Under the pieces are notes generated by a model. It was not told the origin of the DNA and ran no database searches. It saw nothing but the letters and a program-made list of their open reading frames with translations. Below are positions 42,643-54,355 of a DNA stretch of 64,000 bases, one piece after another; position 1 is the stretch's first letter, and each line of letters begins with the position of its first letter. Both the position numbers and the translations under genes were made by a program. Origin of the DNA: Nitrosopumilus sp. (GTDB lineage: Archaea > Thermoproteota > Nitrososphaeria > Nitrososphaerales > Nitrosopumilaceae); the NCBI GenBank assembly GCA_965249555.1, contig OZ252243.1, forward strand, positions 2,166,440-2,230,439, written 5' to 3'.

Positions 42643-43452
42643 TCACAGTATTCCTCCAGCCATTTTGAAAATATACCTAGGATGATCACAGACAATCCCG
42701 AATTTATCGTAAATTTTTTTTGTTACTGTATCTGATTTCCCACCATAGTAATAATAAGGTGAAAAAAACCCTGTATCTAATGAGGCTATGAACACATAAT
42801 TTTCTTTATCCCTTAGTGCTTCCTTAAACGTAATGACTTGTGCTAGAACTCGTTCATCTGGTTTGTTGGATTTACGTACGAATCTCTCTAATTGTTTTGC
42901 TTCTCTTACGACTTGTCCTCTATGTGTATCCACTACCTCATTTTTCTGTTCTTTTTTCCATTTAGGCTCACTCAAAATTCCCTTTGACCTAGTTTTTGAT
43001 TCTTTTTTACGCAATTGTTTTTTTTGATATTTATGATGATAATCTTGACGTAATTCATCAGACATCCGTTCTACATTTCTTAGATTTTTTTGTAGTTGTC
43101 TTTGATCTAATGTTACCTTTTTTAATTTTCCAAGTAATCTTCGCATTTTATGTTCTGAAGAACTAATGATCCCTACTGCATCATTGTAGAATCTTTCTTT
43201 AATTGTGCTATCTGCAAATTTTTTTGGTACATAAACGTCTTTTACAGCTCTGGAAAGAACACCATAACATTCAGCTTTAACTTGTGGCATTGCATATCCA
43301 TCTATAGGTTTTGGCGGGTCAAACAAACTAAATAATTGAATTGATTGATCATAGAAATGATGTTTTATTGTCATATCTAATTCATGTATATTTTCCATTA
43401 TGCTTGCTGCAACAATTACATTTGTATCTGGGATTACTTTAGCATCTGACAT
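42643..43452 (-). CDS. PIN-domain-like protein with helical insertion
   Basis: VIPDTNVIVA, PDERVLAQ and IASLDTGF acidic-residue pattern. Confidence 0.6.
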   Translation of the reverse strand: MSDAKVIPDTNVIVAASIMENIHELDMTIKHHFYDQSIQLFSLFDPPKPIDGYAMPQVKAECYGVLSRAVKDVYVPKKFADSTIKERFYNDAVGIISSSEHKMRRLLGKLKKVTLDQRQLQKNLRNVERMSDELRQDYHHKYQKKQLRKKESKTRSKGILSEPKWKKEQKNEVVDTHRGQVVREAKQLERFVRKSNKPDERVLAQVITFKEALRDKENYVFIASLDTGFFSPYYYYGGKSDTVTKKIYDKFGIVCDHPRYIFKMAGGIL

Positions 43453-43491
43453 TTTTATAAAATACTAAGCATTGGACATTTTTATAAAATA

Positions 43492-43977
43492 CTAAGCATC
43501 TAATTTTTTCATCAATGCAGAAAATTGTAATCTGAGATTATCCTTATCTAATGCTTCTCTGCTTATCTCAAGTGATTCAATAAGATTTGTACTTGCAGCT
43601 TTATTTCTTAATAAATGTGTTTTATTTAATACGTCATCAATTGTCTGTGTATTAATTGTAAATTTTTGGGTTGTTTCTAGAATATTGTCTATGTTTGGTA
43701 GTAATAACAATGAATCTTTTGCAATTTTTGGATTGTCATTTGCTTCTTGCGAATTTATGAAACGATGTTCCATTTTTCCCAATATCAATTCTACATTACG
43801 AGCTGCTTGATAAAAATAAAATCCATCCGAGTCTTCTATTTCTAACCATTTACTTTTGATTGTTTTTAGAAAATTACGTAATGTTGCAAGATTATCTAAT
43901 ATGGCAAGATCAACTTTTCCAGTTTCTTCCATTTTGTCAAGTGAATTTTTAATGTCTATTAAAATCTGATTTTTCAT
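43492..43977 (-). CDS. hypothetical helical protein, partner of the PIN-like gene
   Basis: Intact 161-aa ORF directly upstream and co-oriented. Confidence 0.6.
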   Translation of the reverse strand: MKNQILIDIKNSLDKMEETGKVDLAILDNLATLRNFLKTIKSKWLEIEDSDGFYFYQAARNVELILGKMEHRFINSQEANDNPKIAKDSLLLLPNIDNILETTQKFTINTQTIDDVLNKTHLLRNKAASTNLIESLEISREALDKDNLRLQFSALMKKLDA

Positions 43978-44123
43978 ACTTATTCAAACACCTTTCTCAC
44001 CATTATAATATCATATTGCCCTGTTAAACATTGGGTACAAATTGTCATTTTTGATAGGCATGAACTTGATATTTTTTGAATCATATAATTATTTTCCAAA
44101 ATTTGTCTTATCTGATTGTGTGT

Positions 44124-45465
44124 GTATGTATCAACCTTCACGCACAAATCAATAGCTATATGTGAATACAAAAAGAAGGAATTCAGATAGCATAGGAAAT
44201 GAACCCAAGTCCAAGATTCGTAATCCATCGTCCTCAAAGAAACAGATTAGGGGGAAAAAAGACAAGGGCATGTATGTTGGCATTGACTTGCACAAGAAAT
44301 TTCTTCAAGTGGCAACAATGGATAATGACGGAAAGATATTACAAAACATAAAAGTTGAGAACACTCATGAATCAATCAGGAAACATTTTACAGACATACC
44401 AATTCATGCCAATATTGTCATGGAATCATCATCAGTTTGGTATAACACGTATAGATTTCTTACAGATGAATTAGGATACAAAAACGTAACACTCTCAAAC
44501 TCGTATCTTACAAAGGCAATAGCTGCATCAAAAAAACAGACAAGATTGATGCCAGGATACTGGCAGATCTTTTGCGTGGAGGATACATTGCAACATGCCA
44601 TATTCCAAACAAAAAGATAGTAAAACATCGTTAACTGGTAAGATACAGAAAAAAAACTCATTCAGTGGAGGACATCTCTCAAAAATTCTGTTCATGGAAT
44701 TTTGTTACAGGAGGGAATCAAGATACCAGGGGTCCCGTTCACTGCAACATACAACAAAAGACTCGCCTCCCTGGGTGACTATCGCATAGACGGATTCGTA
44801 CGACAGATAGACTATCTTAATCTGCAAATTGCAGATATTAATTCAAGAGTGTATGCTGCCGTAAAGACCAGTCCTGATGCCATGATAATAAAATCAATGC
44901 CAGGAATTGGTGACTAATCACTAGTTATTGCAGCAGAAATTGCAGATATTAACAGATTCAATGACTCTCACAAGTTATGTGCATATGCAGGAGTCGTGCC
45001 ATCAGTCAGAGACTCTGCAGATTACACCATGGCCGTATAACCAAAAGGGGAAGCATGACACTACGATGGGTCATTATCCAATGCGTCCATACTCATGCAA
45101 TACATGCCAAGAACAGTGACATTACAAAATTTTACAATCGCATTAAAAAGAAGAGAGGCTCATCAAAAGATGTAGTTGCTGCATCATCAAAGATCCTGCG
45201 AGTGATTTACTGGATGCTAAAAGAGAGGAGAGAATTTGTACAGAATTACAGTTAGGACTTCAAGTCGCGTTTGGTATGTTGAGGGACAGGCCTCGGTTGA
45301 TAACTGCGAATAATCCTAACGAAGGGATGAAGATAGCATTGAGGAACAAGCCTCGTATGGATACATGTCCGTCATCTTTTGATTGAAAGCATTCCCTAGT
45401 GAAGGCTATGCCTTGGGATGTAAAAAAGTGGGAAATGTATAAAAACAATTCACATGGATACATAC
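44124..45465 (+). mobile_element. IS110-family element B (frameshifted transposase, 3' non-coding guide region) bounded by IS66-type termini
   Basis: MYVGIDLHKK, MPGIG and GRITKRGS motifs; starts GTATGTATCAACC..., ends GGATACATAC. Confidence 0.88.
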
Positions 45466-45539
45466 GTTAATGTACTTTGATTAATTCTAAAGTACGGGTT
45501 ATTGTAAAATTATTAATTATACGTGTTGCATTTTGAGTT

Positions 45540-45962
45540 ATGCCAACTTTTCAAAGTCCTCTAAATGCAATGGATTTGGTTGTTATCAATAGGCAATTTT
45601 GTGAGGAATTAGTAGAACCATATGGATTGGACCATCCAGAACTATTACAGAATATTCTTGATGAATACAACAAGTATGAAACATTAGATGATGAAAAGGA
45701 AAAAGCTATTCAAAAAGCTTGTTGTTTAATGGTAGGTTTGGTTTTTCACCAACCATTTAAGAATGGAAATAAGAGAACAGCAGTTTCAGTTTCAATAATT
45801 ATGATGAAAGATCATGGTTTTACAATAAGGGAATATGAAACTGATGCAACACAACAAGAGTTCTATCAATTGTTGGAGAATACGATGTTGAAGATGGATG
45901 GAGATGAATCAATAAAACCTGATTTAGAAAACTATCTAAGAGAAAATCTAATTAAAATCTAA
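45540..45962 (+). CDS. doc: Fic/Doc-family toxin
   Basis: HQPFKNGNKRTA Fic motif in a 140-aa stand-alone protein. Confidence 0.85.
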   Translation: MPTFQSPLNAMDLVVINRQFCEELVEPYGLDHPELLQNILDEYNKYETLDDEKEKAIQKACCLMVGLVFHQPFKNGNKRTAVSVSIIMMKDHGFTIREYETDATQQEFYQLLENTMLKMDGDESIKPDLENYLRENLIKI

Positions 45963-46057
45963 TTCCAAGAATCATTACCAAGTGCAGCAAATAGTTTAGG
46001 AGCTTCGCTTACGGTTTTAGAGACTTCCTCTAGCATTCTTTGGTGATATTCTGACAT
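45959..46057 (-). CDS. 32-aa peptide convergent with doc, candidate antitoxin
   Basis: MSEYHQRMLEEVSKTVSEAPKLFAALGNDSWN; stop overlaps the doc stop. Confidence 0.35.
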   Translation of the reverse strand: MSEYHQRMLEEVSKTVSEAPKLFAALGNDSWN

Positions 46058-46210
46058 ACTATACATACTATCTTCAATTTTAAAAACGTTAGCTAGCTTT
46101 CAGGCATGACTAAAATCTACCAAAAATCCCCCAAAATCATCGAAAAATCATCGAAAATACTGCTATAATCTATTTGCAGCATACTGTTTTTCTTATTAAG
46201 GAAACAGTAG

Positions 46211-47604
46211 GTATGTATTTCATCATCTCAGGAAACATGTTCAATCCCCTTATTCTCCATGTCTCAAAGCATGTGAGAAAGACTGAGATCATCCTCATGC
46301 CCTGACTGCTCTTCATCTGCCCGCGAACATTCCTCTGCATCACGCACTTTCGAATAGAATTCTCTGCATCATTGTTAGTTGATGGAACATCACCATCCAT
46401 GACAAACGTAAACATGCTGTTTCTTGCAGTCTTTAGCTTCTTGCCAAACTGAACCATCTCTGTATCGCCTTTCAAATATCGTGCAATGATACGGTCTGTC
46501 TGTTTTAGTAAATCATTCCTGTACATTTCCCGCCGTTTTGTATAACGATTACCTACACTCCAAATCCTGGCATGACCTAGCATTTTTGAGAGTTTCTCAT
46601 ATAGAATCCTGGCCTTTTTGTCTTTTGATTTTATTGCCAGATATTTGGCATCGCGCTGCAGGTGTGCGGTGCATCTCTGCTTTGTATTATCACAAAATAC
46701 GGTCCTGTACGGAGCATATCCGTCAGACACTAGAGTTCCTTTGAATTTCTTCCAGTACTTTTTTGGAATCTTGGCACCTCTGCTGTACTCTAAGGTATAC
46801 TGTGCCTCAGTCTTCTTGCAACCCACATCCATCCATTCTTTCCATCAATTGAAAATCCTGTCTCATCGATTCCAAGAATCTTTTCAGTCATGATTTCACT
46901 GTGGATGTCATTGTAAAATGGCTCTAACATCACACCGCCGGTGCGAAGAATGGCTTGTATTGTCGTATTGCTAATTTCTAATCCATATCTTTCCTGGAGT
47001 GTGATTCTGATGGTATCGTATGGCATTCTCTTTGAGAACAGTGAGACGACCTCACGTATCACTGAACCATCAAAACATCCATGTGGTGGAAGGTTTCCAG
47101 TGGTTTGAAAATTATCAGAACAGTTCTTGCATATGTATTGATACATGACATGCTCAGTTATACCGTAGGGTGTTGGTGGGGGAATCTTGACCATTATCCT
47201 TTTGCAGGTTTTGATCTGATGAATATTTTCACTACCGCATTTAGGACATGCATCTGATCTGTGGTGTATGGTATTAGCTGGTCTGAATTTCTGTGTCTTG
47301 CCCTTGTGTCCTACTATTCCACCACGTCTTGATTTGCCTGGCTGTTGTCTTTTTTGCTTTTTTTATTCAAGGGAATCTTTTGATGGCGGAGAGTACGCAT
47401 TCTCATAATATGACAGTCTTTTTTGTAGTTCCTTGTTTGATTCTATGAGATTCCCTGTGATTAGTTTTTGTTGTTTTATCTCTGCTTGTAGTTGTATGAT
47501 GATTTTCTCATGACCACAACCTGACATGTTTTGTATGATGATTTAGTTGATCTTAGATCTTTTTGTGTAATAGTGTTGATTTGTGCGTGAAGGTTGATAC
47601 ATAC
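46211..47604 (-). mobile_element. IS66-family element, frameshifted
   Basis: ORF pieces 46170..46832 and 46790..47194; intact left end TTGATACATAC. Confidence 0.9.
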
Positions 47605-48461
47605 GTGTAATGATCCGTGTGTTGTGTTAAATGATGATGGTTCTTATTCGGAACAGATTGGAGTCTCAGGGGATCTCGAAATAGGTTCTTATCATATTTT
47701 GTCATTTCATCAAGGCGGTATTGGAAATAATTATGGTATTATATATTCTCAACAATTCATAATCCAATAACCAAATTTTTTGAATTTTAGAATATGTATC
47801 TCTTACATAATAACTTCAATAATACATTTGATGTAACAATTAACATCTTCTATTAATTATTATTCATTTCAAAGTGAAGATCACAAGTATGGAAAAACCA
47901 CATGTAAACATCCATGGGCGACACTAGATGGGAATAATCTTGGCTCTACAAATACAGTTCATGCCAGTAATGGTGATATGAGTTTTAGTATTATTTTGAG
48001 TTTCTCTTAATTTATTAGGTTGGAATAAACTGTATTCTTGGATAATATCATATAGTGAATGTGACATAATTATTGGTATTTGGTGTATATGATGGAATCA
48101 TACCATTAAGAAAAGTTGGATCAAGTTAAATTTTTTACCAAGTAATTTTAATTTATAGTTTGAGTCATAGAAGATCAATTGTATTTATCATACTAGTTGT
48201 TATTTCAGTTGGATTTGTCATGTCATTATACATTGATGATTGTTTCTGGCTAGTTAAAATTTACTCATTTTTATCTGCACCAAAGATAATGATGGATGGT
48301 TTAGCATCATATGGGTGTACCATATAACAGATACAATAAGATGAGATTCTAGGTTTTTGTCAACTATACTATATAGTTTTTAGGTTTCGTGACTTTTGTC
48401 GTAGATTGTGTAAGAATCTAAAAATCTCATGGAAAGAGATCAGATTAATATTACTAAAGTG

Positions 48462-48532
48462 TGGACTTGTCGGGAATCGAACCCGAGCCTAAGAGTTTTC
48501 GGTTCTTCATGCTGCCACTACACTACAAGCCC
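48462..48532 (-). tRNA. non-canonical tRNA, module 3: Ala-type acceptor (G3.U70, A73), anticodon GAA with C33
   Basis: GGGCTTG TA GTGT AGTGGCA GCAT G AAGA ACCGAAAAC TCTT AGGC TCGGG TTCGATT CCCGA CAAGTCC A. Confidence 0.85.
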
Positions 48533-48568
48533 ACAAAGTTTTTAAGAATCATTAAACATAAGACTATT

Positions 48569-48616
48569 GAGTTTTCGGTTCAAGATCGTGCTAGTTACAC
48601 TAGCCTGTTTTCCTTT
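48569..48616 (+). ncRNA. predicted antisense small RNA against the module 3 tRNA
   Basis: TATA-like TTTTTAAG at 48539; 13 nt GAGTTTTCGGTTC complementary to the anticodon arm; hairpin GCTAG-TTACA-CTAGC; pyrimidine tail. Confidence 0.6.
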
Positions 48617-48673
48617 CCACTACAAAGCCCACAGTTTTGAAGAAGAAAGGAAAACAAATTTTTTAATTATAAT

Positions 48674-48770
48674 TGAGACTTGGGCATAATGATTTACAAA
48701 AAAACCAAGACTTTTCTCTAACAACAAAGCATTCTTTTCACAATCCTTGGATTCCCTCTTCCAATTACAC
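48674..48770 (-). mobile_element. end fragment of the 61725..62858 element, interrupted by IS110 A
   Basis: GAGACTTGGGCATAATGATTTAC... matches 61725 onward. Confidence 0.8.
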
Positions 48771-50076
48771 AGACGTTATACGAAATCTTTTTCATATCTT
48801 GTAATGTATACCTACTGTTGGGCCTGAGAGTTGAATGGTTACTGCCATGTACAAGGGCGTTTGATAGACTAACTCAAAGTGAGCGGAAAACAAAATACCA
48901 CATAGATGGCAAATGGGGGCATTCCACTAGATCAGGCAATTTGATCAAAAAGGAGGTGATGGTATGATCAGCATAGGAATTGATGTTCACAAAATAAAAT
49001 GTGTTGCAACAAAATAGGAATCCAGAAAGAAGCTAGAGCAGACAAGCTTTGACAATACCACAAATGGAATAATGGGTTTTATCAAACACGTCAAAAAGAC
49101 ATATGGCAATGACATACAGGCAGTGTGTGAGTCAACTGCAAACTATTGGATCAGACCACATGACACACTAGAAGACCATGGAATTGATACAATTCTTGCA
49201 CATCCTGCAAAGACTAGAATAATTGCACAGGCAAAGCTAAAAAACAACAAACTTGATTCAGACGTATTGGCAGGACTTGCTAAGAGCAGACATGGTGTAT
49301 GAATCATTCGTACCAGAAAAATACCATATAGACTATACAGTCTGGTAAGAACCAGACTGAGTCGCGTGCGAAATGTATCAAGACACAAAAACATGATTTA
49401 TGCAATACTTGCAAAATATGATTACGCCCACAAAGACATTCTCGCAGAAAGGAGTACGATGGTTGCATGAAATTAATCTGACAGAATGGCAATGGATGCA
49501 TATCTTGATACCATAGATATGACGCAAAAACAGATCAACACAATTGAGATAAAGATTGCAGTAATGAAGATGAGAAAACCAGACTAATGACCATTCCTGG
49601 AATGAACTATGTCACGGCATTGACAATAATTTCAGAGAGAGTTGACATCAGCAAATTTGCAACAGCAGATTTGCATCAGCAGAAAAACTAGTCTCATATG
49701 CAGGACTTGCACCATCGCACAGGGACAGTGCAGATGTGCACCGAGGAGGCGGAATAACAAAGAGGGGTTCTGCATGGTTACGTAACGCAATGGTAGAGGC
49801 TGCAAATACTATGGTACGATTTGATGAAAGAATGGGATCATTCTATTTCAGAATTGCAAAGAGAAGAGGAAAACAAAAGGCAAAGGTGGCAGCTGCAAGA
49901 CAGGATGCTTGCAATAATCCGGGTACATGCTAACAAATTCTGAAAGTGTATCGTACACAAAATCATGAACTGACACAACGAAAGTATAAGATGCAAGGCA
50001 TATCTGAGATGTCCTGATTCAGCAAAGCACGCTAGTAAGTGTCCTCAGTAGGGTTGGAGACGATTTCGTATGGGAG
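48771..50076 (+). mobile_element. IS110/IS1111-family element A, full length, multiply frameshifted
   Basis: Same ends and ORF fragments as 41029..42348. Confidence 0.9.
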
Positions 50077-50112
50077 AATCCAATATTCTAATCCTTATAT
50101 GATAAATCTATG

Positions 50113-51554
50113 GTATGTATCAAGCACTTAGATGTATTTTGCCATCTCAGAGAACATGTTCAATTCCCTTATTCTCCATGTCTCAAAGCATGTGAGAAAG
50201 ACTGAGATCATCCTCATGCCCTGATCACTCTTCATCTGCCCGCGAACATTCCTCTGCATCACGCACTTTCGAATGGAATTCTCTGCATCATTGTTAGTTG
50301 ACGGGACATCGCCATCCATGACAAACGTAAACATGCTGTTCCTTGCAGTCTTTAGCTTCTTGCCAAACTGAACCATCTCCATATCACCTTTCAAATATCG
50401 TGCAATGATACGGTCCAGCTGTTTTAGTAAATCATCCCTGTACGTTTCCCGCCGTTTTGTATGACGATTACCTACACTCCAAACCCTGGCATGACCTAGC
50501 ATATCTGAGAATTTTCCATATAGAATCCTTGCCTTTTTGTCCTGTGATTTTATTGCCAGATATTTGGCATCGCGCTGCAGGTGTGCGGTGCATCTCTGCT
50601 TTGTGTTATCACAAAATACTGTCCTGTACGGAGCATATCCGTCAGACACTAGGGTTCCTTTGAATTTCTTCCAGTACTTTTTTAGAACATTGGCACCTCT
50701 GCTGTACTCCAAGGCATACTGTGCACTAGTCTTGCTTCTTGCAACCCACATCCATCCAGTATTTCCATCAATTGAAAATCCTGTCTCATCGATTCCGAGA
50801 ATCTTTTCAGTCACGATTTCGCTGTGGATTGTATTGTAAAATGACTCTAACATCACACTACCGTTGCGAAGAATGGATTGTACGGTTGTATTGCTGATTT
50901 CTAATCCATATCTTTCATAGAGTGTGGTTCTGATAGCATCGTATGTCAATCTCTTTGAGAACAGTGAGACGACCTCACGTATCACTGAACCATCAAAACA
51001 TCCATGTGATGGAAGGTTTCCCGTGGTTTGAAAATTATCAGAACAGTCCATGCAGATGTATTGATTCAAAACATGCTCAGTTATACCGTAGGGTGTTGGT
51101 GGAGGAATCTCAACCATTATCCTTTTGCAGGTTTTGGTTTGATGAATATTTTCACTACCGCATTTAGGACATGCATCTGATCTGTGGTGTTTGGTGCTAG
51201 TTGGTCTGAATTTCTGTGTCTTGCCAACGTGTCCTGCTATTCCACCACGTCTTGATTTGCCTGGCTGTCTGTGTTGTCTTTTTTGCTTTCTCCATTCAAG
51301 GGAATTCTTTGATGGCGGAGAGTGTGCATTCTCATAATATGACAGCTTTTTTTGCAGTTCCTTGTTTGATTCTATGAGATTCTCTATGATTAATTTTAGT
51401 TGTTTTATCACTTCGTCTTGTTGTTTTGTCTTTTTTTGTAGCTGTATGATGATTTTCTCATGACCACAACCTGACATGTTTTGTATGATGATTTAGTTGA
51501 TCTTAGATCTTTTTGTGTAATGATATTGATTTGTGCGTGAAGGTTGATACATAC
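50113..51554 (-). mobile_element. IS66-family element with 8-bp target duplication AATCTATG (transposase 50128..51477)
   Basis: TIR GTATGTATCAA / TTGATACATAC; AATCTATG on both sides. Confidence 0.95.
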
Positions 51555-51572
51555 AATCTATGTAATACCCAA

Positions 51573-52290
51573 TATGCCCTATGATAAATGCAGAGACATG
51601 GAACATGACTCTGATCTAGAAAATAATGATGAGAGTGAAAATGGTCTATGGGAAAATGTGTATTATGAAGAGGAAAAACCAAACACCGAGATTAAACGGT
51701 ATGATAGTGGATGGACTAAATGGAAAAAATGGTATATCAATGGACACACACTAATTAAAAAAATACAATGGCATGAGAATGGTGAGATAGAATATGAAAA
51801 ATTGTGGAGTACCATTGGAAATATTTTAGGTGCTGAGATACGATTTCTTGAAGGGATTAAATTCATGGTAATAGAATATTATGAAAAAAATAAACCAAAA
51901 AGAAAAGTGATTTTTCATAAGAATTGTAATAAGAAATCGGTGAAGCGGTATAATGAAAAAAATGGTATTGTGTGTGAAGAGAGATATTTTGACAAAAACG
52001 AAAATGCAGAATTAACAAAGAAATATCATGAAAATAATACGTTGTCTCGTATAACAAAATACCACAAGAATAGAAATATCAAATCATCTAATACCTATTT
52101 TGAAAATGATTTACCATGCAGCAAATCGGAATTCTATAAAAATGGGAATAGCAAATTCCGAATAGCCTATTGTAATAATGGAAAGTTGTATCGAGAATCT
52201 CAATATTATGAAAATGGAAAATTGGCACTGTTAAGGATTGGTGATAAACATGGTGGGATTAGTTCTGAAAAACATTATAATAGAAATTAA
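51573..52290 (+). CDS. MORN-variant / YwqK-like repeat protein
   Basis: Repeated YYENG/WHENG/FYKNG units; the ORF-track start at 51544 lies inside the IS end. Confidence 0.75.
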
Positions 52291-52850
52291 AAATTAAAAA
52301 AATAATAATTATAAAATTGTGTGGAAAACACAATCTTAAATATTCTGGGAAATGTCCAATGTGTCACCCTAGTTATCTTGCTGCAAGTGGGGTTGTGTAT
52401 TATCTGACTTTGAGAAATAAGAAATAGGTATTGTCTTTGAGTGATTTGTCTTAAAATTATATTGGAACTGGTTTAGAAAAAATTCAATGATTTGATTACT
52501 ATTTGGAATTATCAAGAATTGATGGATCGAAATCAAATTTTGAGGATGATGTAAAAATAGATTTGAAAATATACTCTCTAATTAAACCATTAATTATGGT
52601 CTTAAAATCTTTCCCAGAAATGTAGTCAATTAATTTTTTAAAATCATCCACAGTCGTGTGAATTTGATCATCTGTCTTCCAAACTGTACCTTAAATCTAA
52701 ATCCTTAAATTATTGGTGTGGTGGAATAAAGTGTTGCAATAAATCGTTTCCGCGTCTTGTTGTAGTCTGTAAATGACCTCTCATCGGATTTGAAAAATCC
52801 CTCGTGCGAAAGTGAGAGACACACTTAATTCTAATAAAAAATATTTTGTC

Positions 52851-52926
52851 GGGGTGGTAGTCTAGTATGGATAAGGCATTCGAGTTCGCACTTGGAAAAT
52901 CAAGAGATCGAAGCTCCTCCACCCCA
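52851..52926 (+). pseudogene. tRNA-like remnant with damaged T arm and aberrant anticodon region
   Basis: Perfect acceptor stem GGGGTGG/CCACCCC+A and D arm GTCT...AGGC; T arm reduced to TCGAAGCTCCT. Confidence 0.55.
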
Positions 52927-52939
52927 TAATCCATTTCAT

Positions 52940-53230
52940 AGACGTTATACGAAATCTTTTTCATATCTTGTGATGTATACCTACTGTTGGGTCTGATGAT
53001 TTAAACTCGTTACTTTCAGAATTGCAAAGAGAAGAAAACAAAGGTGGCAGCTGCAAGACAGGATGCTTGCAATAATCCGGGTACATGCTAACTCTGAAAG
53101 TGTATCGTACACAAAATCATGAACTGACACAACGAAAGTATAAGATGCAAGGCATATCTGAGATGTCCTGATTCAGCAAAGCACGCTAGTAAGTGTCCTC
53201 AGTAGGGTTGGAGACGATTTCGTATGGGAG
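52940..53230 (+). mobile_element. internally deleted IS110 element A (both ends), right end joined to IS110 B coding sequence
   Basis: AG-ACGTTATACGAAATC ... GATTTCGTATGGGAG; right flank ATTCAAC matches the element B interior (cf. 44956). Confidence 0.85.
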
Positions 53231-53738
53231 ATTCAACAACTCTCACAAGTTATGCGCATATGCAGGAGTCGTGCCATCAGTTAGAAATTCTGCAGACACG
53301 ATACACCATGGCAGCATAACCAAAAGAGGAAGCATGACACTACGATGGGTTCTCATCCAATGCGTCCATACTCATGCAATACATGACAAGAACAGTGACA
53401 TTACAAAATTTTACAATCGCATTAAGAAAAAGAGAGGCTCATCAAAGGCCGCAGTTGCCGCATCATCAAAGATCCTGCGAGTGATTTATTGGATGCTAAA
53501 AGAGAGGAGAGAATTTGTACAGAATTACAGTTAGGACTTTAAGTCGCGTTGTAATTAGTGAGGGACAAGCCTCGGTCAATAACTGCGAATAATCCTAACA
53601 AAGGGATGAAGATAGCATTGAGGTTAAAGCCTCGTATGGATACATGTCCGTCATCTTTTGTTTGAAAGCATTCCCTAGCGAAAGCTATGCCTCGGGATGC
53701 AAAAAGTAGGAAATGTTTAAAAACAATTCACATGGATA
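53231..53738 (+). mobile_element. IS110 element B 3' half with variant guide region
   Basis: LCAYAGVVPSVRNS...GSITKRGS; ends CACATGGATA followed by ATTAC. Confidence 0.88.
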
Positions 53739-53739
53739 A

Positions 53740-54355
53740 TTACTCTTCATCTTCACACATGTAATTATTTCTAGCATCCCAACTATGTATCACACCTAAC
53801 ATGTTAAAGAATTCACCATTTGGTTCAATTTCAGACCAAAAAATAGTGAACACCTCTACTGCACTTCTGGTATCTACATCATAAAAACGACCATAGATTG
53901 GTTTAGTGTTTTCAAGATCTTCATACATATCAAAGATGTCATGATGTATTGGATCTTCACGACCAAATTTTAAATTATCACGTATTTGACCATCAGGACA
54001 TGTTAGTGTACCTCCTTTCAGTTTGAAAATTATTACATCACTTCCTACAGATGTTTCTAGATCAGTCTGAATGGGTGCCAAATTTTCTGCAGGTTCTATT
54101 GGTTGTGGTAATATTCTTCCAGTAGTCTCATCAATTAAAGATGAATGCACACCATGATATGTATCTGATTCTTCTTGATATCAAATTATTCTATCATGTG
54201 GATGATCGTGATAATCTTGTAGAGCGGAAAATCCTAACGATGTACCGTATCTTAGAAATTCATTATGAGCTCTTCCTGCATCTATATCAGGAATAGATGT
54301 TACTAGTGTTATTGTAATTACTGCTAGTAATGTAAAAATTATTTTATTTCTCATC
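53740..54355 (-). pseudogene. secreted protein remnant
   Basis: Signal-peptide-like start near 54355 with an internal stop; ORF 53740..54150 ends at the IS boundary. Confidence 0.45.

Noticed and set aside
43441-43500. 27-bp tandem duplication between the PIN-like gene and its partner
   Set aside because: Simple slippage duplication with no further structure.
45260-45463. Minus-strand ORFs starting MYPCELF (also 15655..15867)
   Set aside because: They overlap the IS110 B non-coding guide region and differ in frame and ending between copies.
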